Positions 11,201 to 24,203 of a stretch of DNA of 56,080 nucleotides are shown here, piece by piece; positions within the stretch are counted from its first letter, which is position 1, and the number at the start of each line of letters is the position of its first letter. The notes beneath the pieces are model-generated. The model was not told where the DNA came from. It searched no databases and was given only the letters and a program-made list of their open reading frames with translations. The translations under genes and the position numbers were made by a program. Source of the stretch: Microthyrium microscopicum (taxonomy: Eukaryota); NCBI GenBank assembly GCA_010405405.1, contig MU004234.1, forward strand, positions 2,011,275-2,067,354, in the 5' to 3' direction.

Positions 11201-13367
11201 TCTGGGTCGACGTTGGCTTCCGAGCGCTGCACGCGGCTCTGTCGCAAGTCCAAGTATGCTGGAGTCTGGGCGACAGGCTAGAGTATCCAGCTGGAGGTTA
11301 TTTGTGTTTGAAGCCAGGCTTCCGCTAGAGTACTAGTTTACCATGCCTGTAGTTGATATTGACGAGCATCGAACTTCATACAAACCATGCCAACTACAGC
11401 AAGCATGCATAATCCATGGCTGGCAATGAGCATAGCAGGCAATGCCAGGCATGGACCATTGTAGGGCCCTGAACACCACAAGATGCGGCATGCTGGTCTT
11501 TGTCCAAGAGGTGCCAGCATGAATCTCCGTATCGCGTTATTGTTCTGATCGTTCAGGGCCTAGGAAGGCTGAGTGAGTTCCATTCTTGGTATTAATGTTT
11601 CCATAGTTCTACACCCAGCCAACAGCTAAGGTCGGAAGCCGTCGCGCTGGAAAGAGCCCGAGATAAAATCAAGCTAAAACAAATCAAGTCCATCCGTCAT
11701 TATTCAAACTTTCAAAGGCACGGAAAGACAGCAGCCTTGTAAAACTACAATACCTGTAGTCTAGCAGTAGTCTACTTGCAAATTGTCTGTTCCTCTGTTC
11801 GCACTGTACTTTGGCCATTGATCATTGACCTCTGTTTTCTCTCTTTGGTCGCTTGTTGGCCCCACCAATACACAAACCCTTTCTTCATCTTTACTCTACT
11901 ACTCTATCCCGCGCTTTTGGTTACTACATAGTAGTTCTATCTACTTCAACTGCTGCAATCACTCCGTCAATGCTACCTGTCGGTCGTCTTGCAATCCCCC
12001 TCTCCTAACCACCAGCCGCCTCTCTCTAGTCTCTCCATCGACTATCTGGTCCAGCAACTCTACCAGTCTTTCTGCTGCCTCTCTCTTGACTTTTCTACCT
12101 GCTTCTTTTCGTGCAACTGACTCTGTCTGCACGCAGTTTGACAGCGCTGATCCGTCCCGCTGTTGCGTCTGCTTCCTCCAGCCATTGTTGGCTACCAAGG
12201 TGTACCGAGCCTTCTCTTTTCTTTGCTTGCCCGTCCCTGTGAATATCAAGGAGCCATCCACCAGCCTCATTTCTACAGGCATCTCATCTGCACCTACTGC
12301 CGCCGAACATCGAGCGGCGCTACCAGACTGGCCAGGCTATCTGACTCGGCCCGCTTGCACGGAAAAGATCTAACCTCTTTTTCTCCAGCCTGCTTACATC
12401 GGAAGCGCTCTAGGTCAGCAGCTGCTTGAGGGTTTGCAAATCTCAACGAGGTATCGTGGGCCTTGGCCATCGTGTTGCGCGGCCAGAACCCGACCTTCTG
12501 TTTTTCGCGTAGTTGGTCTATTTTCGCCCTGTAACCACTTTTCTACCAAAGTTGTACTCAGAGTACTTGTGGGTCTAAGGTCGTTGCATTGAAACTTCAG
12601 CGAGTATTCTTTGCCACACCAGACCAGTGTTCTCGACAATTACTACAGCTTGGCGGTCGGCTTGTCCTTCCGCGTTGACTGTGTTGCCCGTTGCATTTCT
12701 TACGACCGGCGCTTGCAATCGGCTTGCAGCAGTTTTTTGCCATAATCCTGCATCACCTCAACGCTTGTTCAGTCCTGTGTCGGTTCGCGGTAGGAGCCGA
12801 TTGAATCCGTCAACTGGTCCATTATTCATCTTGATCACTTAGCCTCGAGGTGTTCAAGGGTCCAACTACTACTACTGGCCCAGTCCAATTCAGTCTTGCC
12901 TATCCATCATTCCTTCTTTCTTCCTAGTCACTTCAGGCCTTGAACTCTTCTGCTAAGAGCTTGCATCTACCAGCCCAGTCTTCATATTCAAGAGGCAACA
13001 CGAGCAGCACCAAGGTCGCTTGCCATCGTCACTCCCTTGTGGCGCCAACCTACATCACGCTGCATCTTTTCTACACATCCTTTTCTTCTGCTTTTATTAT
13101 CTAGCCTTCACTTTGCTTAAGGTGTGTTTGCATTGTCACCAATTGGCTTTGAATCGATTCGCATACACATGAGGCTGGTTGCACCTTCACTGTCTATTCC
13201 AGCGTCAACATTGGACACTACGATCCGCACGGACAAACTAGTCAACCACTACTCACACTCACCACCAAATTATCAGCCTGGCTCTATCGTGAGATAGGTT
13301 GTTTTCCATCCTTGGCTAGAGGACCTATTCACTTAGTTTCTCTTGCCTGGTAGCACATCGCCTCGCC

Positions 13368-16300
13368 ATGTCCACAGCTCGAAGGACCAGTGAGGACTCG
13401 GGACAAGGAAATGGTGAGTGATACATTGCGTGTGCAGATGCCCTGAACAAAAGCCATATATACGACCGTCGATCGTACCAGAAGAAGCATTTATTGACGG
13501 TATAAATAGCGCCTAGTAATCCAGAAGTTACGGCCCAGACCACGCCCACATTTCCACCACCAAAGACAGACAAGCCACGACCTCATGGGTGTTTAACGTG
13601 CGGTCGTTTCTTTGCTCGCTTGGAACATTTAAAAAGACATGAAAGGTCACATACAAAAGAGAAGCCTTTTGAGTGTAATGTCTGTAAACGATGCTTTGCC
13701 AGACGAGATCTTTTGCTGCGACATCAGCAGAAGCTCCATCAGACAGGCCACACTACTCGTCCCAGGAATGGCAGGAGAAACAGTGGTCAATTGATCACAC
13801 CCCAGGCTCAAGCTCGACGGAGAGGCTCAATGGCAAGCGCAAATGGCCCTCCTGCAATGAGACCTAGAGCCAACACCATTGGACACATAGATCATAATAT
13901 GCTCGCTCACAACTCTACAAGAAACCAAGGAATGCCACACATCTATGGACACCAATCCAGCCAAAGTATAGGGACGATCCCTGACTACATGTCAATCCCC
14001 ATGGAATTTCCTACTTTTGCAGCCACTCATTCACACGCACATCTACCGAGAATTGAGACTAGTGGGCTTGGACTTGACCTAGATGGAGGCTTGAGGACGG
14101 CACCTGTCATGACAAATGGACTTTTTGGGATGGATCGAATGTGGTCGAGCTCAACAATCAACCCAGCCCAGCTTCATTATTCTGGTGAGCCTGCTCCAGG
14201 ATCGCCATACACGACCAGCTTTCCACCATTAGGCTCAGCCGACATGGACAACGGATTTGAGTGGTCCGCAATGGGCGAGGACTTTTTGTCAAGAGGAGCA
14301 AATGACGTTGCTCTTGATCAATCATCTCCATCTGCATTTAGTGCAGGTAGCGCTAGCGCTTTCAGCGAAATGATGATTGATGGCTCTAATAACCCTCCAG
14401 TAACATCTGGGCAAATTTGGCCGTCAAACCCCATGGTCACAGCAGCACAATTTGCACACGATCCTATCAGTTCAGCTGTTTTTGGGGAACTTATGACCCC
14501 TTTAATGTCGCCAGGCACAATGTCCTCGGGAGATGTCCACGAGCAAAGTGGTGTGGATAATTACATGTCGCTGAATGGCCACATACACATGAGTCCGGTA
14601 CCTGGCAATCCCTCTCTTACGCAGTTCTTCCCGAGCCTAACATACGGATCAGATGATACAAGCGTCACCTCAGCTCATGGGAGTGGCCAATCAAGCTCTA
14701 TGATGACTTCGTCGATTGATTCGATCACTGATGCAACTCGACAAGCTTTGCTGTCCAGTCTATCACAATCTTCTGGGTTTGGTCACTCGTCTCGTCGGAT
14801 TTCTCAATCCTCTACAACTTCGCCGCTTTCTCCTGGATCCACAATACGGCAAACTCAACCTTCTATAAACCTGCCTAGCACGTACGATCTTCAGCGATAT
14901 GTACACTCGTACATCGCGTATTTCCATCCTCACATGCCGTTCATACATTTGCCCACTCTCAATTTCGATACTCCTGCGTTCACAAACAATCTGTACTCCA
15001 ATCCTTCGTATGGACGTGGATTGCTAGGAGGGGGAAGTTGCCTGATTCTTGCTATGGCTGCCATTGGGGCATCATACGAGTTTGAACATCAAGTAGCCGA
15101 TGAGTTATTTGAAAACTCAAAAGCCCTGATCCAGCTTTACTTGGAGTCTTCCAGGAAAAACACCCCTTCGAAGATGAACTTACCAGGGTCAGGAATATCA
15201 AAGACTCCATTATGGTTGGTTCAAGCTACACTCCTTAACATTGTCTTTGGTCATCAATGTGGCGAGCAAAAGTCAGCAGAGATTGCTACGACTCATTGTG
15301 CCTCGCTAGTCAGCTTGGCCAAAGCTGCTGAACTAGAGCAGCCAGACCTAGATATCAGTGAGGAAGAAAACCGTGCATATCTGGTTCGATGCGGTCTTTC
15401 ATCTGATAGAGATATCAAAATCGAGGGTGGCGAACATCCTCACTCCTGGACACGACAAACTGCACCAGAGTCTCGTGAGGAGTTTTCAGTATGGTACAGA
15501 TGGAAGTCAATGGAAGAGCGGAAACGAACCATGTTTTCTGTCTTTATCATTTCAAGTCTTCTTGTCACCGCATATAATCAACAACCCAAGATATCAAACT
15601 CCGAAATCCATCTCGGTCTACCTTGCGAAGAGAACCTATGGGCCGCTGATACTCCGTTCATGTGGAATCAACTGGGAGGCATGGCCAATGCCCAATCCAA
15701 GGGCATACCTTTCACCGACGCACTGAACTGGCTTCTCAGCGCTAATCAAAGAAGTCGGCAACACCAGCGCACATCATCTCATCATACATTAGGCTCTCCT
15801 CGCTCCATCGGTCAAGAGAGTGAGCTCCGTCCCAGTACTTTTGGCTGCTATATCTTGATCAATGCCATTCACGTTGAAATATGGGAAGCTCGCCAACGAC
15901 ACCAAGGCAGGCAATGGAACATTGAGCAAACAGAACAATTGCGCGCCAACATTGAACCTGCCCTCCGCGAATGGCAAGCCGCCTGGGCATCTAATCCCAT
16001 CCACGTACTTGGCCGTCCCAATCCTCATGGCCCGCTTCCCGCAGACTCCATCCCGCTCCTTGATCTTGCCTACGTACGCCTTTTTGTCAACCTCGGCCGC
16101 TCCAAAGAAGCGTTCTGGGCATGGGATTTTGAGCTGATGGCTCAAGAGCTAGCTACCGGCCACGACGTAGTCCCACACGCCACTGAAGATTCTGACATGT
16201 CTGCCAATGTGAAGCGTCTCAAAATCGAAGAGGACGACCACCACTCTTCCGCTAGTACCACCTCGTCCGCCGACGCCGCAAACTCCTCAAAGCGCGAACG

Positions 16301-16905
16301 ACATCTCCGCAAAGCCGCCTTCTACGCCGCCGACTCCCTCACCATGGCTCACAAACTCGGCTCTACTTTCGCAGAATTCACATCCCGGGAACTGCCCATC
16401 CAGGCCGCCATGTGCACATTCGACTGCGCACAAGTACTCGCCGAGTGGCTCGCGACTGTGCAAGAGCGTGTCGGGCGCTATTTGCACGCCATATTAGGCC
16501 GCGAAGAAATTGACACTTCGATGCCAGAAGTGTTCATGACGCTGGAGTCTGACGACATTGTACTGCTAGGCAAAGTCAACGACATATTGAGCGTAGCGCA
16601 GAGCAAGATTGTGCAAGACCTGCAAGCAAAGGGCCAAAGTCATGAGAGTGTCCTTATGCCGATGAAGAGCGGTGGGTATGGGTATCAATTACTGATGAGT
16701 ATGGCGTATCTGTTGGATAGGGCGGCTGTTTGGGGCAGTAAGTTCATTTCACCCCTTGAATAAGGTATATGCTAACCGTTCAATAGTAACAAAAGTCATG
16801 GCTGAAGCGCTGAGGATCCACGCAACGAAGATCAAGCATCGCGCAGAAGTCTCTGTTCTTCCGGAATTGGCTGATGTCAAGATGGACACGCCTCAAGATT
16901 CATGA
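13368..16905 (+). CDS. amdX: C2H2 zinc-finger transcription factor with fungal TF middle-homology domain (AmdX/Sda1, Adr1-like fingers)
   Basis: Exons 13368-13413, 13510-16737, 16787-16905. Spliced N-terminus FPPPKTDKPRPHGCLTCGRFFARLEHLKRHERSHTKEKPFECNVCKRCFARRDLLLRHQQKLH. Later YFHPHMPFIHLPT and EERKRT motifs of the fungal-specific TF domain. Confidence 0.88.
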
Positions 16906-17700
16906 AAATGGTCCATCACCATTTATCATTCTTGGTGCATATTTTGACTTATTGCTTGCTTCACATTGATGCCAAAACAAGTACTTCACGACCATCCTTA
17001 CTACACTTGCTTTCAGCTACTATTGCATCAACACATTCTGATCCTGATCCCATTTCGGCTGGCTGTTTGGATACCAACAACTCTTTTCTGGTGCGGCATT
17101 TTCGAACGGTCTCGTGCGTTAACATGCTCTGCTTTGACAGAGCTCTGGCGATATTTGCGATATACGTTGTATGAAATCCTTTATGATATCAACATTCTCT
17201 TTTCCGGAACATAAGCAACAGGTACTGGGATACATGGGCATGCTACATGAACAAAAAGGGGCGTATGTTGGGGAATATAACGAGAGACATCGGCGTTGAT
17301 TTATTGGGAATCACGAAATCCTCCTCCCGCTATGGGTTGAGCTGGATGAAAGGAACGAATCGATAACATCTAGGCATGTAGCAGTGTGACTATTAGCTTC
17401 AATCGTCAAACTAAGAAACATCTGCTGTTTTTCTCATGTCTACATCTAAATGCGTGAAATAGTGAAAAACATGCTTGTACGAGGATATTCTTATTACGAC
17501 AATAAGTAAAAAGGCTCAATGTTCTACAGGTCTACAAGTAACCAATCCCATGATATCCGTCCGTCTATTCCTTTCCCAAATCACCTTTACAGAGGTCTCA
17601 TATAACCACACGCTACTCTTATAGCTCAGCAAACTCGCTCGTCAGAGGATCTCCGCTAAAGCTCCAACGCCAAACTCAATTGACAGCCAGTGTCCCACAT

Positions 17701-19931
17701 CTACTCTCTCGAAACATCGCGTCCAAAAGTCTTTGACTTGAACCAGTCAATAACCACCAAAATCCGATTCCGTGCTAGTGTATGTTAGTCTCATTAACAG
17801 AACACAACAAAAGGGGTTATAACTTACTGCTAAAGCACATGCTCAGATACGCACTCCGCCAAAACAGATACGTCAATGTTCCACCCGATGCAAAATTTCC
17901 TGATAACCAACTGATATCCGCCACAGCCTTTTCACTTCCAATGTAAGCCAAAGAGCCTTGGTGAGAGTACTCAAATGGCCCCATCTGCTTGACTCTTCGA
18001 AGGCGTTTCTGGAGGTCTTTGATTTGCTCAAAGACCGCGTCTCTTGTTCCCTTATCTGGCGCTTTCTCTTGCTTGTCACTGCATTCCTTGAGCTCATCTT
18101 CGATCGCCTGCGTCTTTGCCATGTTATTGAACATGCGTGCCAAGAAAGCACCCTCTTGGCTGGCTACTTGTGCTGTGGGCGCGTAGTTTGCTACTGCGCA
18201 GTCACCGACTGCCCAGACGTTCTCTGTGCCTTTGACGACGAGGAATTCGTTGACGGCTAGACCGCGGCGGGAGTCTTTTTGTGCGGGGATTTGGTTGATG
18301 AGATCTTTGACGACTGGCCTCAAAGCGTTGCCAGTGGCCCAGACGAGGAGACCGTAGGGAATTTGTTCGAGATGTTTGGTGCCGTCTGGGTTGGTAGATT
18401 CGGCTTCGATGAATTTGGGGGTGACTTTCTTGACCATGGTCTTTGTGCGGATTGTGATTGTTTCTTCCTGGAAGGTCTTTTCTGTGTACTCGATGAGTTG
18501 CTTGGAAAACATGGGGAGGACGTTGGGGAGTGCTTCGACGAGAGTTACGTGGAAGTTGTTTTTGATGTCAGGAATCCATTTTTGGAGATCGTTGTTGAAG
18601 AAATCTTGGAGTTCACCGGCGAACTCGACACCGGTGGGACCACCGCCGACTACGACCATGTGCAGAAGACGCTTGATTTCATCCTCGGACTGATCTTTGA
18701 AGGTGGAGGTTTCGCAACAGTCCATGATTCGTTTGCGGATGGCTTGGGCGTCGCCGACTTCTTTCAGGAAGAGGCCGTGTTCTCGGACACCGGGGATACC
18801 TATATGGTCGCGTTAATCATAGAATGTGGGCTAGGCGAAAGAAACGAACCGAAAGTAGCGTTCTCAGCGCCAACGCCAACTACGAGCATGTCAAACGGAA
18901 CTTCAGTTTCACTCATATCGCCCTTGATATCGCTATCATCATTAATATGTATGGTTTTGGTCTCGTAGTTGATCTTGGTGGCTTCGGCTTCGTAGAACTT
19001 GACCGATGCTTTCTTGTGTCTCAAAAAGTTGCGAATAGGCTCCATAATAGAACGATGCTCGATTGTACCGGTTGTGCATGATGGTAGAAGGGGTGTGAAG
19101 AGGAAATAGTTGCGGGGAGAGATAACGATGACATTGTAGTTTTCGGTATCGAGCTTTTTGAGGAGAGATACTGAGCCCCAGCCGGTTCCTATTCAAAAGC
19201 AAGTCAGTATAGGACGCGCAAGGCCGAGGTTTTAGCACAGAAAGCTTATCATACCTAGAATGACCAAAGTCTTCTTGCTTGGGTCTGGTTCCTCCTGATC
19301 AGCAGGATTGCGCATTTGTATCACACCATAGGTAATGTAGCCAGCTCCAATTAGAGCAGAGACATAAGTCAATCGCCATGACCAAACAACAAATGATCGG
19401 AATTTGCCTCTTTTTTGCTTGGGCGTAGGTGAAAGCACAACTTTTGGAGCTGCACTTTCAGATTGATAGCGACGTCCTGAAACATTTTAGTATGAACTCA
19501 TAATCCGAAGGCTGATATGCATCAGGAAGTCCATTTAATCTTTTCGTAATGCGCTTCTATAACACTTGATGGTCTCCATCTAGTGTTGTGGAAGCCATTG
19601 AGTTTGATAGCAGTATCTCACTCAATGCGAAAATTCAGAAATTAAAACATATTATAAAGTCCTTCAGCAAACTCAACGCACGAGGCGATGAGAGTCCGGT
19701 ACTTGACTGTAGTTGTCCTCATTGAAATGGATAAGGGTGTTTGCACGAGAAAAGCTTACCTGATTGGCGCAGGGAGAGCTGAGCTCGTAGGTTTGTTGCT
19801 CGCGGGCGCAAGTTTGGTAATGTAGCTATCGACCGCGAAGCTGGACGAGTTGTATACGTTCGTAGGGATTGAGCGATAGGGGATTTGGATTGTCGCTGCA
19901 TCAGCAGGCGCAATGAAGCGGAACCAGACAT
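17701..19931 (-). CDS. Mitochondrial type II (rotenone-insensitive) NADH:ubiquinone oxidoreductase, NDE/NDI family
   Basis: Exons 19931-19760, 19476-19255, 19188-18850, 18799-17828, 17774-17701. Arg/Ser-rich presequence, LVILGTGWG, SPRNYFLFTPLLPSCTTGT, VVVGGGPTGVEFAGE, WAVGDC..APTAQVASQEG and C-terminal FGRDVSRE. Confidence 0.95.
19520..19726 (-). ncRNA. Candidate intronic box C/D snoRNA in NADH dehydrogenase intron 1
   Basis: In the 283-nt intron 19759-19477: C-like box ATGAGGA (19722-19716), internal CTGA (19638-19635) preceded by TATGTTTTAATT (antisense to conserved 25S rRNA AAUUAAAACAUA, recalled), two stacked hairpins, and terminal CTGA (19525-19522) about 30 nt before the branch site. 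Confidence 0.6.
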
Positions 19932-21682
19932 GATTGTGGTGATTGGAAAGCTGGGACGGATGTCAATGGGTTGCGGCCAACGGGCATAGGTTTCAAATGG
20001 AAACTAGGAGAGAAATAGGGATGCGAACGAAAGGAAGTAGGTCTTGTGAGCAGCAAAGGGAAGAAAGAGAGAGAGCGGAGAGTGGAGGTGAGCGGCGGAA
20101 GAGTCGAAAATACCTCTAATGAGTGAAGATTTTTGGAGGCGCTGAGCAACTTTTTGCAGGAGAGCAAAGAGCAAAGAGCGCGCTCTGGACAGTGAAACAG
20201 CACAAGTGCAGGCCAAGATGACGCACCCGCAAATCGATCAAGGCAATCCCACGCTTAGCTCTCTATCCAACCAATCTGAGTTGCTGAAGCTCTGCCTTAC
20301 CGGCCCCCTGAGCTCTTTGTTGAGAAGTGAGCTTTGATAACGCCTGCAGATGGCCGACAACTGCCAGACCTTGCTGTTGGCTGCTGAAGCCTGAACTGGA
20401 GACATGTTAGTTGCGACTTGCTCATCCATGATCAATCAACCAGAGTCATGATCCCGTCAATAAAACGCGCTGTATAACGTGCGGTTGGTGAGAACACAGA
20501 AAGATCTCACGCGAGCATTTTTTGATCACTCTGTCGTTTTATTAGGGATGTGGGACGGTAGCTTACCGAATAAGGAAACCTTGAAGCTTTCTTTGGTGTT
20601 GAGTTGCTGCAAAACCACAACGTTATGCCCAACTCAATCGGCCTTGAAGAACTGCTCCCAGTTCGCGTGAGCTCATTCAGTTGATATCGATTAGCAATGT
20701 CTCCTGGTCCAGAAATCAGTTGGATCAAGTTAAAATGGCAGGCTGTTGATGCAGGATGCGGTAAATTCCACTTTTGTTGTTGATCTGCCCCACGCTGAAA
20801 GCTCTAACAAAAAGCTCACAAGCTCAACAATAGCCAACTTCAGCTCCTACTTCACTCTCTAGTATCTACATGCTATATATACTACTGCTTTCAATCCGCC
20901 TTTCTCTACAGGTACTTCGTGTAAACAGTCACACCTTGACTCGGCTCCGATTTCCTCTTCTCAGCTTCCGTATTCCTCCGACCTCTCACCCATCTGTCCG
21001 TATGCAGCGGTATGCCACACGCAATGCGGCTCCGCCAGCATTGAACAGTCAAGACTTCAGCTCTTGTAGCTGTCTTCAACTCCTTGAACATTCGAATGGT
21101 TATCGTTCGATTTGACAGAAGAACTCGTGGTTATTCCAACAGCTTCTTGACTGAGAGCCGGGTCCTCGGTGGTATTTGCATGTGATAGTGAGCACTCCAA
21201 ATTAGATGACGAAATCAGAGCTAACAGCAATCTTAACGTAAATGCTAAATCACATCGTGAACTTGCTGTCAACAAGCCATCGGGCCAAATCGGCATCACG
21301 CAACTACTCTAGAGTAGCCTCTCAAGCCTATGCATGGTTTCGGGCTATCTAGGAAACCACTGGCTTCGCGTATGAACTTGCCAGATGTATTCTTGGAGTT
21401 GAGCTTGTACTTCAACCTCAGATCATGAATGTGGTATACAAGGTATAGAATCATCAGTCTCTTGAATACGATGCCAATTCACGATCTCGCTGTTTTTGAT
21501 ATCTCGAACCACAATACAGTCCAATCCTAACTTTAGCGTGAGTATATTTCTTGTTTTTCGTCTATGCTAGGTAGATTTGAACAATAATGTTTACGGGATA
21601 TATTTCTAAACTTCCACGTCTAGATATGAGATCTTCCATAATCGTGATACATCGCTAAATATACGTCCATAAACGCTCAATA

Positions 21683-22950
21683 TCATAACTTCTCGCTCTT
21701 CGCCAGCCGCTTGTCATTGTCGGCGAAAATAGTATTCTCCCCAACTAGACCCTGCTTTATACCCGGCTTCAGTCGAAGTAAGCCATCCTGCATCGTACTC
21801 GCGACTGGTTTCCCCGACTGCACATCCCATAACCTCTCCACCATGAGTCCTCTGCCATGTCCTATGTGGTCAATTGCCAACTCCACACAGAACCACTTGG
21901 CCTTGCCGTCTGCATCTATCAGACCAAGCTCTTCTGCCTCCGCATGTAACACCACAGTGAAGCTTAAACTCGCGATGGCGCTGTACTCATCTCCTTTGCC
22001 CAGAAAGTTCGCAATCTTCATCCGTCAGCGGGATATACATGGCAACATGGGCGCGTGACTTACGGGAAATAGTCCGTTGCGATCACTGGCATATAAATGT
22101 GCAATCGCGTGCAAATTTGGCCCCTCCTTCGCATCTGGCATATCTCCCAACACTCGGTAAAACATCAATTGCCGTCTCTCCAGCGTCATTCGGTCCTTAT
22201 TATACGCATCCATGTCGACTTTCCGCATATCCAGCCCTGGGAATTTATCCTCGCCAAATTCCTTCGCTGCTTCCCACCAGCTATGATCAATCAGCCTCAC
22301 TCTCTACCATATCATCCATACCGCATCCCGCATCCCCAAATCCACCACCCTCGTACTCATGCCGCCGCCTAGCATCAAAAGAACGGGATCAGAACTTACA
22401 AAGGACTATCAATACTCGGCGCCTCCGCCCAACTCTCCGGTCCCCGTCCTTTCAAGAGCGCATACCGCTCCTCTAACCGCCCATCTAACGTCCGCGTCGC
22501 CTGACTCTTCTCCGGCCTCTTGAATGAACATACCGCCGTGAACATTAACCCCTTGGTGCGTTTCTGACTAACATCCACGCGCCGCTGGACATAACCCGCG
22601 CCATCCCGGATAGGGGAAATGGTGTACGTAAATGGCACATTCGTAAACCCGAGCTGGAGAAAATGGCCCGTTATACTCTAGATTTCACATCAGCACATAC
22701 ACGTTGGATAAGGTCGTTAAGATATTCTTAATACATGTAACACGAATCCCTCCGGCACAGATTTACTAGCAGCGAGTGCAGACTGGGCATAAACGTGTCC
22801 GCCGAATGCGCGCGTGGAATTTCCTGGCCCGAACGCTGGATGCGCGGATTCATACGTGGAATCGTCGATTTTGTGGAGGCTGAAGAGGGTGGTGAAGGGC
22901 GTGTAGTCGTTGCCGTTGAACCATTGGGCTTTGAGTTTTGGTCTTGTCAT
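21683..22950 (-). CDS. Acyl-CoA thioesterase II (TesB/Tes1/ACOT8 family), probably peroxisomal
   Basis: Multi-exon gene; first intron 22734-22678, further short introns near 22398-22295 and 22062-22024. Motifs RAFGGHVYAQSALAA, IRDGAGYVQRRVDVSQ, LHAIAHLYASDRNGLF, ASLSFTVVLH, GRGLMVERLW..VASTMQDG. Ends in PTS1-like EKL. Confidence 0.9.
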
Positions 22951-23167
22951 GGTTTTTATTGCGGTTGGTTGGTGGGAAGTTGGAGGTTTTTGGGGAGATA
23001 TCTGATGCTTACGATCTTGGTCAGGTGGTGTAAGCAGAAAGTTGTTACGCGAATTTGGGTATTGTGGGGTAGCGATTTGGTGTTGGTGTTAGTACGAATT
23101 TTGATTGTACGATTGGACTTGGACTTAATTGCGATATCAGTTGGCGAGATACAGGGAAAATTACGAG

Positions 23168-23729
23168 GACCATTATTAGGTGGCAACAGCTATATTATTA
23201 CATGGCAAGAACAGGATCTTAAATAGCGCCAACTATAGGGATCCATTAGCAGCTAAACCTAAATAGAATATTGGCAATATATCTTAGCCTCTTATTAGTA
23301 GATACTATAGAATCTCTTAATTCAACTATAATAAAGCCTAAGAGGCGTAAAGAGATAATTAGCTTTAGTTTTATCGTTATAATACTAAATTAAGGCTTTT
23401 AAAGAAATCTAATACTATAATTCCTATTAAATCTTTATACTTATACTTAAAAGCTACTTTATTGCTAAATCTTAGCTTAATAGCTTAGCTTTATAATAAA
23501 GTAGAGAATATACGTAGTTTATTAGTTTATTTTATCTCTCTAGACTAGTACTAATTTAGTAGTTATTTATCTTCTCTTAAGAAGCTAAACTATATTAGGG
23601 TAAGCTAGAGCTTTTAAGAATAAGTCTAGCCTATAATAGGCCATTAATTATCTAATCCCTATAGCTATTGCTATTTAAGATCCTATTGTTGCCATGTAAT
23701 GAAATGCCTATTGCCACCTAATAATGGTC
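23168..23729. mobile_element. 562-bp non-autonomous Mutator-like (MULE) MITE with RIP-mutated interior
   Basis: About 75-bp imperfect terminal inverted repeats starting GACCATTATTAGGTGGCAA and ending TTGCCACCTAATAATGGTC. Perfect 9-bp target-site duplication AATTACGAG at 23159-23167 and 23730-23738. AT-rich, TpA-rich interior with no ORF. Confidence 0.92.
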
Positions 23730-24203
23730 AATTACGAGCAGATGTTGAGTAAGATGATGTTGACAGTGAATGAGTTTAGAGCCTCTCACCTGTCAGCAAT
23801 TGGTACCGGTAGTAAAGCTGTTACGAACCTCGGCATCAATACCCTAGAAAAGGCAAAGACTTATAGAAATATCAAAGAACTTAGACAAATGTGTAGGGTA
23901 AGACGAAGAGGCCTCCAAGTGCTGAAATGCCGTTTTGCACAGCCTCATTTCGTGCCAAATGCGGATGCACCCTCCACCTCCTTTCCATCTCCATGACTGA
24001 TGGAAGACAACTCTATCGCTTATGACCGCTTTATGCGAGCTATAGAGACCCTGAAGCATCCCACCGCTCAATCGGCATATTCATCTCCTGTGAAAAACGG
24101 CAGTGGACATTTATAGCACCTGATGCCTGCGATATCTGAATTTGAGCAAGCGTATCCTGAGATTGCTGGGTGGGCGGAAAGTAAACATTGATTACCTAGC
24201 CCC

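Noticed and set aside
10715..12429. ORFs of 188 aa and 182 aa upstream of the AmdX-like gene
   Set aside because: Low-complexity, non-protein-like composition; better explained as promoter and 5' UTR.
18279..18968. 229-aa plus-strand ORF
   Set aside because: Antisense shadow of the NADH dehydrogenase coding exons.
19477..19759. TPP riboswitch as the explanation for the structured intron
   Set aside because: The conserved TPP aptamer motifs (GCUGAGA, CUUGAU/CCUGAU..UAAU) are not present in the required arrangement.
20870..21310. Short ORFs between NADH dehydrogenase and thioesterase
   Set aside because: Interrupted by stops, with no identifiable domain.
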